A stretch of 64,000 bases of DNA. Origin: the human T2T-CHM13v2.0 reference genome, Homo sapiens. The stretch lies in assembly GCF_009914755.1 (NCBI RefSeq), contig NC_060932.1. The stretch is one strand, 5' to 3'. The notes beneath the pieces are model-generated. The model made no database searches and was not told where the DNA came from. It saw nothing but the letters and a program-made list of their open reading frames with translations. Positions 12,251 through 24,099 of the stretch are shown here, piece after piece (position 1 is the first letter of the stretch; each line of letters starts with the position of its first letter). Made by a program: the position numbers and the translations under genes.

Positions 12251-13399
12251 CTTCTGAGGGCTCCCTTGGGAGCCCCAGAGTGGAGGCAGGGAGGCCAGGG
12301 GCGAGGCTGGTTCCTTTGCCCATAAGAAGGCTCAGCCAGGCAAGGGGAGAGGGCACTGAGGGAGGGGGAATGGATCCAGAGATGCTCTGCCTTCCTGGAG
12401 AAGGAGAGAGTGTGGGCAGTTCCCCAGCACCTGTCTCACTTCCCTGGATGAGGCTACATGGCCTCAGCTTCCCCTCCCCCAACTGTCCTGGGGCTGCGCC
12501 CATTCCCAGAAGCTTTGCAGGGAGGTAAGGAGGGGCCGATGCGGGGCAGAGCCCCCACTCGTCCTATCTCATATCCCCAAGCTCTGCCGGGTGTCACAAG
12601 GCCTCTCAGCTGCAGTATCCCCACTCCACCCTGACCCCAGGCCCATCCATCCTGCCTGTACCTTCCTAGTGCAGCAGGGCCCTGGTATTTTCAGGTAGTC
12701 AGTTTCTGCTCTTTTGGGACATATGCTCTGTTTTGCAAGTGATTCTGCCAAGCCTGGATTTCAATGGTGATGGACTGGTCCTCGGGGGTCCTCCCTTTAG
12801 CACCCCAGGTGGCCTTTGGAGCTGGGTGCTCAGCCCTGCTTGACACCCCGCCAACGCTGTCCTGTCCAGAGAAATGGGTAGATCCCCACACCCCAACACA
12901 AACGCACACTGTGTCTTCCCAGCTTGGGAAGATCCAAGTGAATTTCTGGAGTCACTTGAGGGAGACCAGAGAGGTTAATCTAATTTGGGGCATCTTCACA
13001 GCCCAGCAAACAACCAAGTCTCAAGAAACCTCAGCTTCTCTATCTGGAAGAGGGGCATGATCACCCTAAGCGCTGTGGGCTCTCCAGGCACACACCCCAG
13101 TGCCTGCATCGGGACCTTGCTCTCCAGAGCCCCTGCCCATGGGGTGCCCTCCCCAGCTCCTGCCTTGCCCACCCCGTCCATTTCCATCCCTCTCCTGGTT
13201 CCCACATCTTTATCCCCCTGGAAGCAAAGACAGACATCATTCTCCTTTGCCTGCCCAGACCCACCAGCTGCAGCCCTTGAAGATGGGGGACTTCTAGGCG
13301 TGACCTTGAGGCAGCCCCCTCTGTCCTCTCTGAGCCTCTGCGATGTCACAGGGTGGGGCCTGAAGGCTGCCATGTTGCGGATCTCCAGGTTCGGTCCCC

Positions 13400-13466
13400 T
13401 GCCTCTCCTTTCCTCATCCTCTGTTCTTCTTCCTCCCCCTCCTCCTCCTCCTTCCTCTCCTCCTCC
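13400..13466. repeat. Polypyrimidine / (CCT)n-rich low-complexity tract
   Basis: 'ttcttcctccccctcctcctcctccttcctctcctcctcc'. Confidence 0.8.
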
Positions 13467-13679
13467 AGCTCTGTGCTCTGTGTTTCCTTGGGGAATGACT
13501 CACACAGTCGCCTCCCACCTGCACTGCCAGCTTCCCAAACCTTCACTCCAAAGGGTCGCGGTGTGAGCAGATTTCAGCCTTCAGAGGCATCCAGGCTTGG
13601 GGCCGCAGTCTCTCCTGCTGCCTGAAGCCTGCAGCCAGGGAGCGCGGCTGGGCTCGGAGGTTTCCTGCTGTCCCAGGGC

Positions 13680-13780
13680 CCAGGGAGAGAATCCAGCTCT
13701 GCTTTCTGGTCTGAACTCACTGTGTGACCTTGAGCTGGTTCCTTTTCCTTTCTGGCCTCCCTTTCCCTGTGCAAACACAC
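13680..13780 (+). mobile_element. MIR fragment
   Basis: 'aatccagctctgc...actcactgtgtgaccttgagc'. Confidence 0.6.
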
Positions 13781-13844
13781 CAGGCTGGAGCTGGGAGACT
13801 CCTGGCTCTTTTTCCGGTGTCCCCTCAGCCCCCATCTCTTTTAA

Positions 13845-13950
13845 GCATTATATTTTGATGAATTCTACTATTGTATATTGATGGGGTACAAAGTGATGTC
13901 GCGATTTTTTTAATACACTGTGGAGTGATTAAGTCAAGCGAATTGTGTGC
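13845..13950 (-). mobile_element. L1MA-type LINE-1 3' end fragment
   Basis: 'attgtatattgatggggtacaaagtgatgt...atacactgtggagtgattaagtcaagcgaatt' matches the reverse L1MA 3' terminus. Confidence 0.75.
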
Positions 13951-14129
13951 TAAGTGAAGTAAGCCTGACTCAGGATGCATTCCTTTCACCCCGGGGGTGG
14001 GCAGGGTGTGTATGGAGGAGTCAGAGGAGGGTGTGCAGGGGAGGCTGGGCCCAGTGGAGGCTGGCATCCTCCCCATGAGCCCCTGGCCATGCGTGGACAG
14101 CGTTCCTCTGGCTTCCACCTGCTCTGTTT

Positions 14130-14420
14130 CCCTCCCCCACTCTCAGCCCTGTGATTTGGGAGGAATTAAACTTGCCCTGGAACAGGTGACCCAGGCTGCA
14201 GCCAATCACAGAGTCACATTCCTATGGCCACAGGGATTGGTCGAGAGATGGGCATGTGACTCAGTGAGAACCAATGAGAGGCAAGGAGCTTTGAATGGGC
14301 CTAGGGAGGAGGATGCTGGCTCTGTGCTCCCTGGGATTCAGGCCCGGAGCCCCTGCTCTGCACAGAATCCAGGCAAGGCCAGGGCAAGGGGATCAACTTC
14401 CAGCCAGGACTCCAAGGCAA
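14130..14420. mobile_element. ERVL LTR fragment (LTR16/LTR33-like)
   Basis: 'gtgacccaggctgcagccaatcacag...ggccacagggattggtcgagagatgggcatgtgactcag...ccaatgagag' has the repeated CCAAT pattern typical of LTR16. Confidence 0.65.
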
Positions 14421-14442
14421 ATAGAATCTCACTTTTGCTGCT

Positions 14443-14575
14443 ATTAGCTCAGCACCTACTATTACACAGCTGCAATTTCTCTGCATATATTTTCTCATTT
14501 AATTCTCACAGCAATATTGCAGGGTGGGTATTATTGCCTGATCTGCAGGACCAGAAAAGGGAGGCTCAGGTTTGT
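14443..14575 (-). mobile_element. MIR SINE
   Basis: 'agcacctact...tctcatttaattctcacagcaat...gggtattatt...gaggctcag'. Confidence 0.8.
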
Positions 14576-15084
14576 CCACCCACACCCCATGGCCCCTGGC
14601 TGGCCCCGGTTGTACTGTCCATCCCCAGAAGTGGGGCTCAGACCCACTTGCTGTGTGGGGGGTCCCTATGTCAGCCATGGGCTCCCAGCCTGGTCCTGCT
14701 CCTGGGCCTCCACCCCTGCTGGGACACACAGCCCCACATGGAAACCCACATCTTCACTGCATTGCTGTGGAAAGTGCTTTGGGTCCCGTGCATGTTATTG
14801 GACTGGGTGAGATTCTGTGGCAGCTGCTCCATGCCAGTCGGTGGGAGAGGAGACACTCAGATCCGTGATGGGGCTCACCAGAGGGCTCATGGCAGCCCAG
14901 AGCTTGCCAGGGCTCAAGGAGGCAAATCTAGCTTCCTGAGCTTGGGCCTGGTGCAGAGGGGATGGGTGTCCCCCACATAGGATAAAGTTGCCCAGCCAGG
15001 TGCCTCGTGCACGTGGTGGCATCCAACCTCAGTCCAGACTTTCCATTTTGTAGGTGAGAAAAGCGGGACTTGGAGAGGGGTCCT

Positions 15085-15504
15085 TACTTCCTTCAGGTCA
15101 AATTACTCCTCAGAAGCGCCTTCCGTGGCCTGCAGGGCCTCGGGGCTTGTCTGGTGGCCCTTCCTCTTGGTGACATGTCCACCTCAGCCTTGTCCCTGTC
15201 TGTGTGTGGATGCACTCCCTCTGCTGCCGCCCCGGCTGACTCTGCTGTCTCAGCTCTCTGCGGACGTGCCCCGTCCTCGGAGGGGCCTGCCCCGCCCCTG
15301 TAGCCTGGACTCCCCCATTGTCCTTCTGGGCTCCCTGCCCCGTCTGCCATGCGGCTGCTGAAATGTGCCTTATGTGTTTACACACTTCTTTATAGGATCA
15401 GCGCCTCTCCCACAGACTGCAGGCTCCAGATGGGTGGAGATTGTATCTGTTTTGTTCACCTCCAACTTCCCAGCAGCCCACAGCAGGTGTAGGTCCTCGG
15501 TGAG
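15085..15504 (+). mobile_element. LINE-2 3' region interrupted by an AluY
   Basis: 'cacagactgcaggctccagatgggtggagattgtatctgttttgttcacc'; the TGAA-like tail resumes after the Alu (~15810-15840). Confidence 0.65.
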
Positions 15505-15535
<31 letters not shown>

Positions 15536-15803
15536 TGAGATGGAGTCTCGCTCTGTCGCCCAGGCTGGAGTGCAGTGGCGCGATCTCGGCTCACTGCTAG
15601 CTCCGCCTCCCAGGTTCACGCCATTCTCTTGCCTCAGCCTCCAGAGTAGCTGGGACTACCGGCACCCGCCACCACGCCCGGCTAATTTTTTTGTACTTTT
15701 AGTAGAGACAGGGTTTCACCATGTTAGCCAGGATGGTCTCGATCTCCTGACCTCGTGATCCACCCGCCTCGGCCTCCCAAAGTGCTGGGATTACAGGCTT
15801 GAG
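15505..15803 (-). mobile_element. AluY, slightly 5'-truncated, long poly(A) tail
   Basis: Y diagnostics 'ttcacgccattct' and 'ttagccaggatggtctcgatctcctgacctcgtgatcc'; ~32 nt T tract; possible TSD 'tgagt' at 15501 and 15805. Confidence 0.95.
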
Positions 15804-16894
15804 ATGAGTCTTATTGAACAAGGAATAAGAGCATGAATGGGAGGGGGAGATTGAGGGTCTGAGACTTGGTCTGTGTGACCCTGAACCTGGTGCATTCCTG
15901 GTACCGCTGTCCCCACTCTTCATTGTGGCTGCCACTGGGGGCTGCCGGAGGATGCTGCTTCTGGGCATCCAGGGCTGTGAGGCTTCCCGAGGCTGAGTCT
16001 CGGGGGTGTGTGTTCCATTCTCCTTGAGCAAGCGTTCCACTGCACGTCCAGCACCCACCCTCAGAAACGCTGTGTACCCTGGGCAAGAGGGAGACCGCAA
16101 GCCACGGCTGTGAGTGGAAATCCATCGGCTGGTGGGAAGCCCCAGGGAGCGCCTGGCACCGACTTTTACTCCCCCGTCCCCTTTGAGCTCTCAGTCGGTG
16201 AACACGAGGCAAGATGGGAGGGTTCGCACAGAGGTCGGCTGCTGTGCCGGTTGCAGAAGGGCCAAGGGGGTGGCAAGGTGGAAGGGGCAGGCTGGGTGGC
16301 TGGGCTGCTGGAGCAGAAGGACTGGTGCTGGGTAGAACCACAAGGACACTGGTGTATCGGACAGGAGGGACAGAGCTCCCAGGGCTGAGAAGAGCACAGG
16401 TACAGGCTCTTTGGGAGGTCGGAGCAGATAGTGGGGTCAGGGCAGACCAGCATGCTTGGGTGGGAGTTTGTGGAGGGGCTCCAGGTGGGAAATGGGGCAG
16501 TGAAAATGATTTGGGGACAGAATGGAGGGCCCTGGCTTCCACCCAGAGAACGCTGCCTTCATTTCCAGGCCATTCTCACTTTTGACTGTGTAAAAAGCCT
16601 CGAGGCCTGAGTGCAGGGCCCACATCAGCCCAGCCATGCTGGCTCCATGTCTGCACTGGTCACATAGAGACGATCTTCCTATTTCACCTGGACAACGTGA
16701 AGGCGGCAAGATGAACCAAGATGACAGGTAGAAAAGCACTGCATGAGTTGGGGCCTTCTAGAGACAGGTGCATTTCAGCTGAGCTAGGGGATCTCTGTTT
16801 TAACGTAATGGCAAGGAAGATCAGAGCCAAAAGACATAGACGCCAGGCCTCACTCTGCAGCAAGCTGCCTTCTATTCTTCATAAGTCATAGCAC

Positions 16895-16965
16895 CACCCG
16901 GGCCTCAGTTTCCTCATCTGTCAACTCTGAAGGCTGGGCCAATGCCTTCCAAGCCTTCTGGGACC
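16895..16965 (+). mobile_element. MIR core fragment
   Basis: 'ggcctcagtttcctcatctgtcaa'. Confidence 0.7.
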
Positions 16966-17389
16966 CTTCCCAGCCTTGCCGGGAATGCAGAACTGAAGTG
17001 CATCCCATCCCCTGGGGGCCCAGAGCTCCCACGCCATGGGCGCAGCACCAGAAAGGCTAATAATGAGGCGGGGCGGCCACCCACCCCAGGGAGATTATGT
17101 TCCTTGTCCAACTCTCACTTCATTTAAAAAGCCTGTCTCTGATCCTCTTAGAGCATTTGTGAAGTGGATGGGACGTGAGGCGAGGCAGGAGGAGAAGCGC
17201 CTGTGCTTCCCTCCTTGGGGACGGACCAGGTGATTTACATATTTATGAAATCTCTTACATTTTGCCTGGGCCGCGTGTGCACCAGGAGACATCGCTTCTC
17301 ATTTTAAGCTGTGGATCTGTGTTCCGAGAGTGACAGCTCAAGCTGCCACGGGGCCTCATGGGTATCTGGAGGTGATAAACAGTCCTGGA

Positions 17390-17508
17390 TGGGGTTCCTA
17401 TCCCAGATCTGCAGTATCCAGCTGTGCAACTGTGGGTGGATCACTCGCCATCTCTGGGCCTCAGTTTCCCCATGTGTAGAATGAGGACAGACAATATCTA
17501 TAGTAGGC
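17390..17508 (+). mobile_element. MIR SINE
   Basis: 'gggttcctatcccagatctgc...agctgtgcaac...tctctgggcctcagtttccccatgtgtagaatgagga'. Confidence 0.8.
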
Positions 17509-17910
17509 ACTCCTGGCATGGTCCTGGTGATCCCCACTCCTGGCATTAATGTCCTTGTGTGATCCTCTCCTGAGGATGGACTGGACCCAGTGACTGGCTT
17601 CTCACCAGCAGAAAACAGCCAGAGTGAAGGGATGTTCCCCAGGTTAGGTTCCAAATCCCCAGGACTCTGCCTTTCCCTTCCTTGTCCTTGGATTACTTGC
17701 TATGACAAAGTGGCCACCAGGCAGTTGGCTGCTCCACGGAGGGGCAGCCTCTGGCCAGCAGCCAGAGAGGGGTGAAGCCTCAGTCTGAGAGTCCACGGGG
17801 AGCTGAATCCTGTCAGCAGCTGTGTGGGTGAGCCTGGACAGAGCCTCCCCAGTGGAGCCTTGAGACGACAACAGCCTTGGCCCACACCTTGGCTGTAGCC
17901 CATGAGACTT
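17509..17910 (+). mobile_element. MaLR solo LTR (MLT1F/G-like)
   Basis: 'tggactggacccagtgactggcttct...gcctctggccagcagccag...agctgaatcctg...ccagtggagccttgagacgac...cacaccttggctgtagcc'. Confidence 0.8.
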
Positions 17911-19177
17911 ACAGCAGCTGCCAGGCACTCAGGAGAGCTGCCGCCCCTCCTCTGGGCTGGTCAGTGAGCCGTCTGTGGGTGCATCTGAGCTGCCTTCTTA
18001 TCTCCAGGCCCAGTACATAGTGGAGCTTGCTCAGTCCAAGTGTGTTACTGGGATCTGTGAGTAGCAGGTGATTCATGGCACACATTAGCAGGGACGCCTT
18101 GGGGCGCGGTAGGGGCTCAGCACCCCACAGCCTTGACAGATGGGCTTCCTGACCTAGCCCTACTCCCACCTCCAGAGACAGGGCCCGGGACCCCTCCCCT
18201 TGGTGACTGAGACAGCCCCTCTGTTGTGTGTCAGCTCCTCTCATCTAATCATTCTTTCTACAGCCTTCCTGTTCTCGCTCGTAGAAAAGGGGGTTGGGAG
18301 GCTGCACCCCTCAGCCAGCTCCGGACTGTGTACTTGGGCTTTGGGGGCCACGCCTGGTGTCGCTTTGTGTATCCCGGCATCCGATGCAGAGCCTGGGGCA
18401 CAGCTGCCGCTGGGAAATACCCAGGGTGAGAATACATGAGCAGCCGGTCTAGCATTTTACTCAAAGCACAGATGACTTGATCAGAAGGTGGGTTAAAAGG
18501 CTCACCGGAAACATTTCCTTATTTCCTGTCGGTGCCTGAAATGACTCCTCTTAGAGCCTCTTTGGGGTTTAACACACTGAAATCCCTTGTGCAACGGGCG
18601 GGTGTGCTTGCTGAGTCCTGCCACTGCTGGCCACCCTGCCATGGTGAAAGGTGAATCTTTGTTAGGGTGACCTGGCAGAAAGGAAGGCTCTGAGACACCC
18701 AGCGACAGGCCTGGCGAGATTGGCAGAAACTGGGGAATGCCCAAGGGCTTCCCGCGCACCTGATGGGAATAGGCCAGATGCCATGCTCCTCCTGACCGCC
18801 CCCGAAGAACTGAGACATGGTTCTTGGAGGGATGACTCAGACAAACCTGCCAGGGCCCCTCTAGGCCTTGGAGGCAGAGGCTGGGTCCCTGTGGCTGAGT
18901 GGGATGTCCACAGCAGGCCATCCAGGGGCAATTCCACAAGGACGTGAGCCTTCCACGGCTGTGCCGTCCGACACAGCAGCTGCCGGCCACGTGTGCGCCT
19001 GTGCACTTTCAGCCAGGAGGAACGGAATGCGAGCGTTGTCTCTGTTACTTACACTTACGTTTAAATGGCCACCCACGGCTGGTGGCCGCCCTGCTGGATG
19101 GTGCGGGTCCAGGACAGACAGAATGAGCAAAGTGGAGGCCGCTCTGGTTTCTTGTTTGAAGTCAGATCTTTCCAAGA

Positions 19178-19191
19178 ATGCTAAAAATAAT
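19178..19191 (+). promoter_or_regulatory. Consensus MEF2 site
   Basis: CTAAAAATAA (YTAWWWWTAR) in non-repeat AT-rich DNA. Confidence 0.35.
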
Positions 19192-20601
19192 CTTTAAAAA
19201 ATAATGCCGAGAGAAGATGAGTCTCACTGGGCCACGAGGAGCCGGGAGGGGCGGCACAGCCTCTAATCCATCAGAGAGGTTCCGCCATCTGTCCGGGAGA
19301 CTCTGCTAGAGGGAAGAAGATTCCTGACTCATCCCTATTTTTAACAGTGTTTATCTTCAGATCCACGCGGTGCCGTGGGATAGAGTGGGGATGAACATAC
19401 CCCTGCCCTGTTGGTCCTATTTGTGGTGATCTGGATCCAGATGCCACACTGGACCTGGAGCGGCTCCCCAGACCTTGACAAGTTCTGCAGGCAGACAGGA
19501 CCGGGAAGGACCCCCGAGGGCTGGGGCCCCGAAACACTCGTCCTTCTCACATTCCGCTTCCCACCGTCACCTTCGGCAACTCCATCACCATGGCCAGCTC
19601 CGGCGTCACCATGGCCCAGACCGAAACACCCCCAGCTGTGCTGCCAACGCCCCCTGAGCCAGGGCCGCCACATCCTTCTGGTCAACCTCCTGACACTCCT
19701 CACCCTCCTCATGCCACTGCCACCCAGCAGCCCTGGAGCTGACCCCATTCAGTGCACAGGCAACTTGAATTGCCCAGCACCAGGCCCCAGGGCTGCACCA
19801 AGAAAGGGAATCCACGCATCCACCTTGGGAACCCTCCAGAATCAGGGCATGCCACGTGGATCCCGACTGGGTTCACAGGTCAGCCACACCCCTGGGAAAA
19901 ATGGCGCCTGAGGCAGGTCTCTCCAGGGGTGGCCTGGCCGACTCTCTGGGCCTTCATTCCTGCCCCTGCCTGCCCTCACCGTCACCTGGTGGGCCCGTTT
20001 CTACATCACAGTCCCAAGTGCTGTCCTGTGTTGCTCCAGGAATCCCCTGTGAAGTCAGGGCTCCCATCACCGCTCTGCAGGTCAGGATCCTGAGTCAAGG
20101 GTGAGCAGGATGGCGGTCCTGCCGAGTGGCAGGTGGCCTGCAGACACAGGCCTCGCCTCGCAGACGGTGCTCCCTCTCCCCTCTCTCTCCGGTCAGGCTA
20201 CACCCTGGCTGAGCCCTGAGTCCACCTGCTCCCTGCCTGGACTTGGCCAGGGACAGGTGGTAAGAGTGCAGGGTGAGGCAGGATGCTTGGTTCTGGGGGA
20301 CCAGCCTGACCCCATGCTGGCTGAAGCAGCATGCACCCTGCCTCCCTAAGCTGACAGGTCCTGGAAAAATGGCATGATGTGGCCAGCAGCGCCGGGAATC
20401 ACAGCCCCGGAGGCACCATTTCCCCCTGTCCAGCCCTCATTTTGCCAGTCTCGCCGCTGCCTTTCATTCCTGCACTCTCCCTGGCCTGGGGGTGGGGCAG
20501 GAAAGGGCCGGACTTGCCTCCTCCCAGGGGAGAGCATCTCTCTCCCACATTGAGGTACCAGGAGAGTGACATGTTATCACGGGGGTTGGATCTGGTGGTC
20601 A

Positions 20602-20615
20602 GCGCCACCTGGTCA
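20602..20615 (-). promoter_or_regulatory. Candidate CTCF site
   Basis: Reverse complement TGACCAGGTGGCGC is 12/14 to CCASYAGRKGGCRS. Confidence 0.3.
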
Positions 20616-21088
20616 TGGGGCCTGCGACCATGGTGCCTGACCCCTGTTGGTCCCACGGAGTTCAGACACTGGCCTGCCTCCAGCCCAGACAATTTTCCCC
20701 TGGAGTGGCCTCCCTCTCTGCCTGGGCATTGGCTTATTCTGAGTGAGAACACTCTTCCCATGTGTTGCTGAGTGTCCCTGGGCAGGCACCTGCCTTCTTT
20801 CTCTGTGTGGCACCTGTGGTCCTGCATGTCTCCCGGGAGCTGAGGTTGTGAGGTGGCTTCGAGTGCAGGCTCTCCCCTAGCTGGCCCTGCGACCCCAGGC
20901 AAATCCCTCCAGCTCTTCCCTGACTGTTTCTGTCCACGGGGACAAAGATCCCAGTAACTGTTTTGAGGCTCATGTAGGAGAAGGACAAGGCAGGTGTGGC
21001 TCAGAGCATTCACTGCCTGCATCCAGTCAACCCTGATGAGTCCCACGTGGGGTGAGCACCAGGGTCGTAGAAATCAATAAGGCTGACA

Positions 21089-21339
21089 CCTGTGCCGCGG
21101 ACCCAGGAGCCCAGCGAGGGGCGGAAGACGCGGAACTGCTGCGCTGGGCTGTCCGCCTGTGCCGAGGACCCAGGAGCCCCGGGGGGAGATGGAACTGCTG
21201 CGCTGGGCTGTCCGCCTGTGCCGCGGACCCAGGAGCCCCGGGGGGAGACGGAACTGCTGCGCTGGGCTGTCCGCCTGTGCCGCGGACCCAGGAGCCGACC
21301 CGGGGGTGGGAGACGCGGAACTGCTGTGCTGGGCTGTCC
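21089..21339. repeat. CpG-rich minisatellite, 4 copies (67/59/59/66 bp)
   Basis: Unit 'cctgtgccgcggacccaggagcc...ggaactgctgcgctgggctgtccg' starts at 21089, 21156, 21215 and 21274. Confidence 0.95.
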
Positions 21340-21347
21340 TCATTCTG

Positions 21348-21361
21348 GCGCCACCTGGAAG
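21348..21361 (-). promoter_or_regulatory. Candidate CTCF site abutting the VNTR
   Basis: Reverse complement CTTCCAGGTGGCGC is 12/14 to CCASYAGRKGGCRS. Confidence 0.35.
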
Positions 21362-22334
21362 GTGACACTGCTATGGGCAGACAGGAGCTGGGAGAAGAGT
21401 GGGGCTGCCGGCTGTGGAGCTGCCAAAGCCAAGCTGTGCTGGTGATTGGAGCAGGACGGGCACCGGCTGCTGGGGGCAGCCCTCACCAGGAGCCACGGAA
21501 TGAGCCGTGCCCACAGCCAGGTGCTTTCTCCCTCTGCCCAGGGCTGGTAAACACTTCACCATGCCCACCCCGCTGTGACTTTCCCTGCTCCTGCCCCCAG
21601 GCCGCCCCAGCCCACAGCAGAGCTCCCTCTCTCTCCAGTCTCCTGGCCTCTCCGATGCAGGCCGTGCTCCCAGATAATCCCGCTATGAACAGGGGTTTCA
21701 CCGAGACTTCATCCTCCCTGGGCAGGGTTGGGTGTGCAGAGTGGGTGTTTATGGCTGAAGGGCGGGGTCTGGAAACTGTGCGGGCCTGAACACAGACACA
21801 AGGGAAGCTGTGTGCTTCTCCTTCTGAGGCAGGCCCCTGACAGGGCAGTCTAGAAATTGTGAGTCAATCACAGGCTGAGATGGAACTCGGCAGGTGGCGG
21901 GGAAGGGGGTCCTTGGGACTCTTGTTGGGTGAAGAATTAAGAGCGTTCGTGTCCTGTACTCCAGGTCTCCCAGGCTGGCCTCTCCTGGTCTCAGCCTGGG
22001 GCCCATCCAGAATGACCTGCTGTTGGTGGGCACGGCAGTGGGTAGGGTGACCCAGGGCGGGCAGGCTGTGTGTATGTAGTGGGTGGTTACTGAGTGAGTG
22101 GATGGCAAGCCTCACCGTCTAGGTGTGAACTGCCCTGCAGCCCAGCCCTGCTCCCGCCTGCTGTGTGATTCTCTAACCCGTCTCTGAGGCTCAGGCCCCA
22201 TGCGCGTGGGTGCGGGGTGGCTGCGGGTCCCCACGAGATCCTCGTGGTGAGTGAGCTGCACCTGTGCTGGGGACTTAGGGAGTACTCAGCGATCTAGTGG
22301 TGACAGCAGCTGCAGTCGTGGCAGGAATGAATAT

Positions 22335-22510
22335 TGTGAGGTGTTTTACACACATAGGACTTCGTTTAATTTTCCAAACAACCCCATGAGGGGCTATAAT
22401 AGTCCCCACTCGACAATGGAACGAGGCTCACAGAGGTTCAAGGGAAACTTGACGATGGAATGAGGCTCACAGAGGTTCGAGGGAACGGCTGGAGGCCACT
22501 CAGCTCACCA
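22335..22510 (-). mobile_element. MIR with an internal 39-bp tandem duplication
   Basis: 'cgtttaattttccaaacaaccccatgag' then 'gacRatggaaYgaggctcacagaggttcRagggaa' at 22412 and 22451. Confidence 0.8.
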
Positions 22511-22965
22511 CAGAGAGAGCTTGCACATGTCAGAGTGGGCTGGAAAGTCAACAGCTGCTTTTGAGTCTGTGAGCCAACAAATAAATGAAAGGGCCCAGCA
22601 TAGACTCTGGACCCAGTGCTGGGTTATTCTGCCCTGAGCACTGGAGAGGTTCAAATCCTAGGGGACACCTCGGCGGAACTGGAGGCTGCATGTGTCTTAG
22701 AGAGTGTCGGGCTGATGGCCTGGAGCCTGGCTTTGGAGTCCCAGGCTGGGCCAGCCCTGACTGCTGCTGCTCCTGCCCAGCCTCGTGGACGACACCTTCA
22801 GTCTGGGTCACCCTCTCCCACGAGCAGCCCTCGACCCATCCTTTCCTTCCAGGCTGCCTGTGGGTGGGGGAGGCACGGAGCTTGGAGTTGGTAATGATGG
22901 AGATGCCAGCAAGGTGCCTCCTCCCCAGAGGGTCTCACAAGGCCCCACTGCTGAAAGGAGAGGTG

Positions 22966-23050
22966 GGGGCCATGACCCGGGTGCAGCATGGCCTTGGGGG
23001 ATGGTGGGGACGCAGGGGCGGTGACCCGGGTGCAGCCTGGCCTTGGGGGC
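22966..23050. repeat. Tandem duplication, ~2 x 49 bp
   Basis: 'tgacccgggtgcagcMtggccttggggg' occurs twice, 49 bp apart. Confidence 0.85.
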
Positions 23051-24099
23051 CAGGGGTGCCACAGCCCGCCGCTGTCCATCTCATCCTCCTACATGTTCTC
23101 TTCCCTTGTCTGCCGTAACGCCTGGCCAGGGCGCCATCCTCAGGGGCTCATCCTCTTGGTGGGGGCTGGGCTTGCTCCTGGGGCCCCCATGCTGATGGGG
23201 GTGGAGTGGAGAGGCTGGGCTGGTTGGGGATACACCTCAGCCTGGGCTTGCTGGTTCTAGGAGCATTGGAGTCTGGACCTGGGTTCAGAGGATGCTCCCA
23301 GCTAGGCCTCTGGTGCTTCAGCCCACACAGCAGTGCCCCCTTATCACCCGTGGGCACTGCCCCTCCTCTGTCCTAAGAGCTCCAACCCAAGAATCAGACC
23401 CCGTCCACTGCATCCTCAGTCTCTGGGTGCATGTGGCACCGCTGGGGGGCGGAGGCTGCAGCTGACAGCTGGCTCCCCATGCCGCGTGGGTCCAGGCAAC
23501 AGCTCTGGTTCTCTAAGATGTGGTGACGGGGAGCTGGACTGCGTGACCCAGGCCCTCCTAACAGTGCTGCTGGAGACTGTGTTCAGGAGTAAGTCCTCCA
23601 CCACCAGTCCCAGCCACATCAACGCCGACGCTTTGATGCATAATTGCTGGTTTCCTGCCTGCAGACCATTCAAAGGAGGAGAGAGAAAACCTCCTTCATT
23701 TTATCTGGGGAAGGCGGCGAGCCTCACACTCTCGGCTCCCCCACGGGTGGCATCCTTTTCTGAGATCACAGCAACAGGCCAGCAATTAGACCCCAGCCTG
23801 GGCATCAATTGCAGTTCCTAAAGAGCGTGCAAGGGCTGGCAGCTGTGCAGCTCAATTGCTGTCGGAAGCCTCCGGGGTGGGTGGCTGGCTTCCTTATTCC
23901 CAGAGGCGGTGTCTGCGTTTCAGGAGTGCAGGCAGGGGACGAGCTCCAGAGACCTTGGCTCCTGGTGGAAGGGGTCTTCAGGTCCCACCAGAGCCCATGG
24001 CTGGGGCCACAGGCCTTGCCCGCAGAGCGTCTCCACCCTCATACACTCCTGGGGTCTCCTGTGCCTTTCAAAGCCACCTCTGTGCCTCAAAATCACATC

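Noticed and set aside
13997-14980. 327-aa ORF
   Set aside because: It starts at GTG, runs through an ERVL LTR and an antisense MIR, and has no recognisable motif; a chance ORF in GC-rich DNA.
15370-15758. Alu-derived ORFs (also 27214-27484, 36725-37288, 38007-38333)
   Set aside because: Classic Alu translation artefacts such as '[12 protein letters not shown]' and '[11 protein letters not shown]'.
21027-21789. Repetitive ORFs over the VNTR, or a CRISPR-like array
   Set aside because: The 59-bp unit is not a multiple of 3 and shifts frame; the repeats are contiguous without unique spacers, there are no cas genes, and the DNA is primate.
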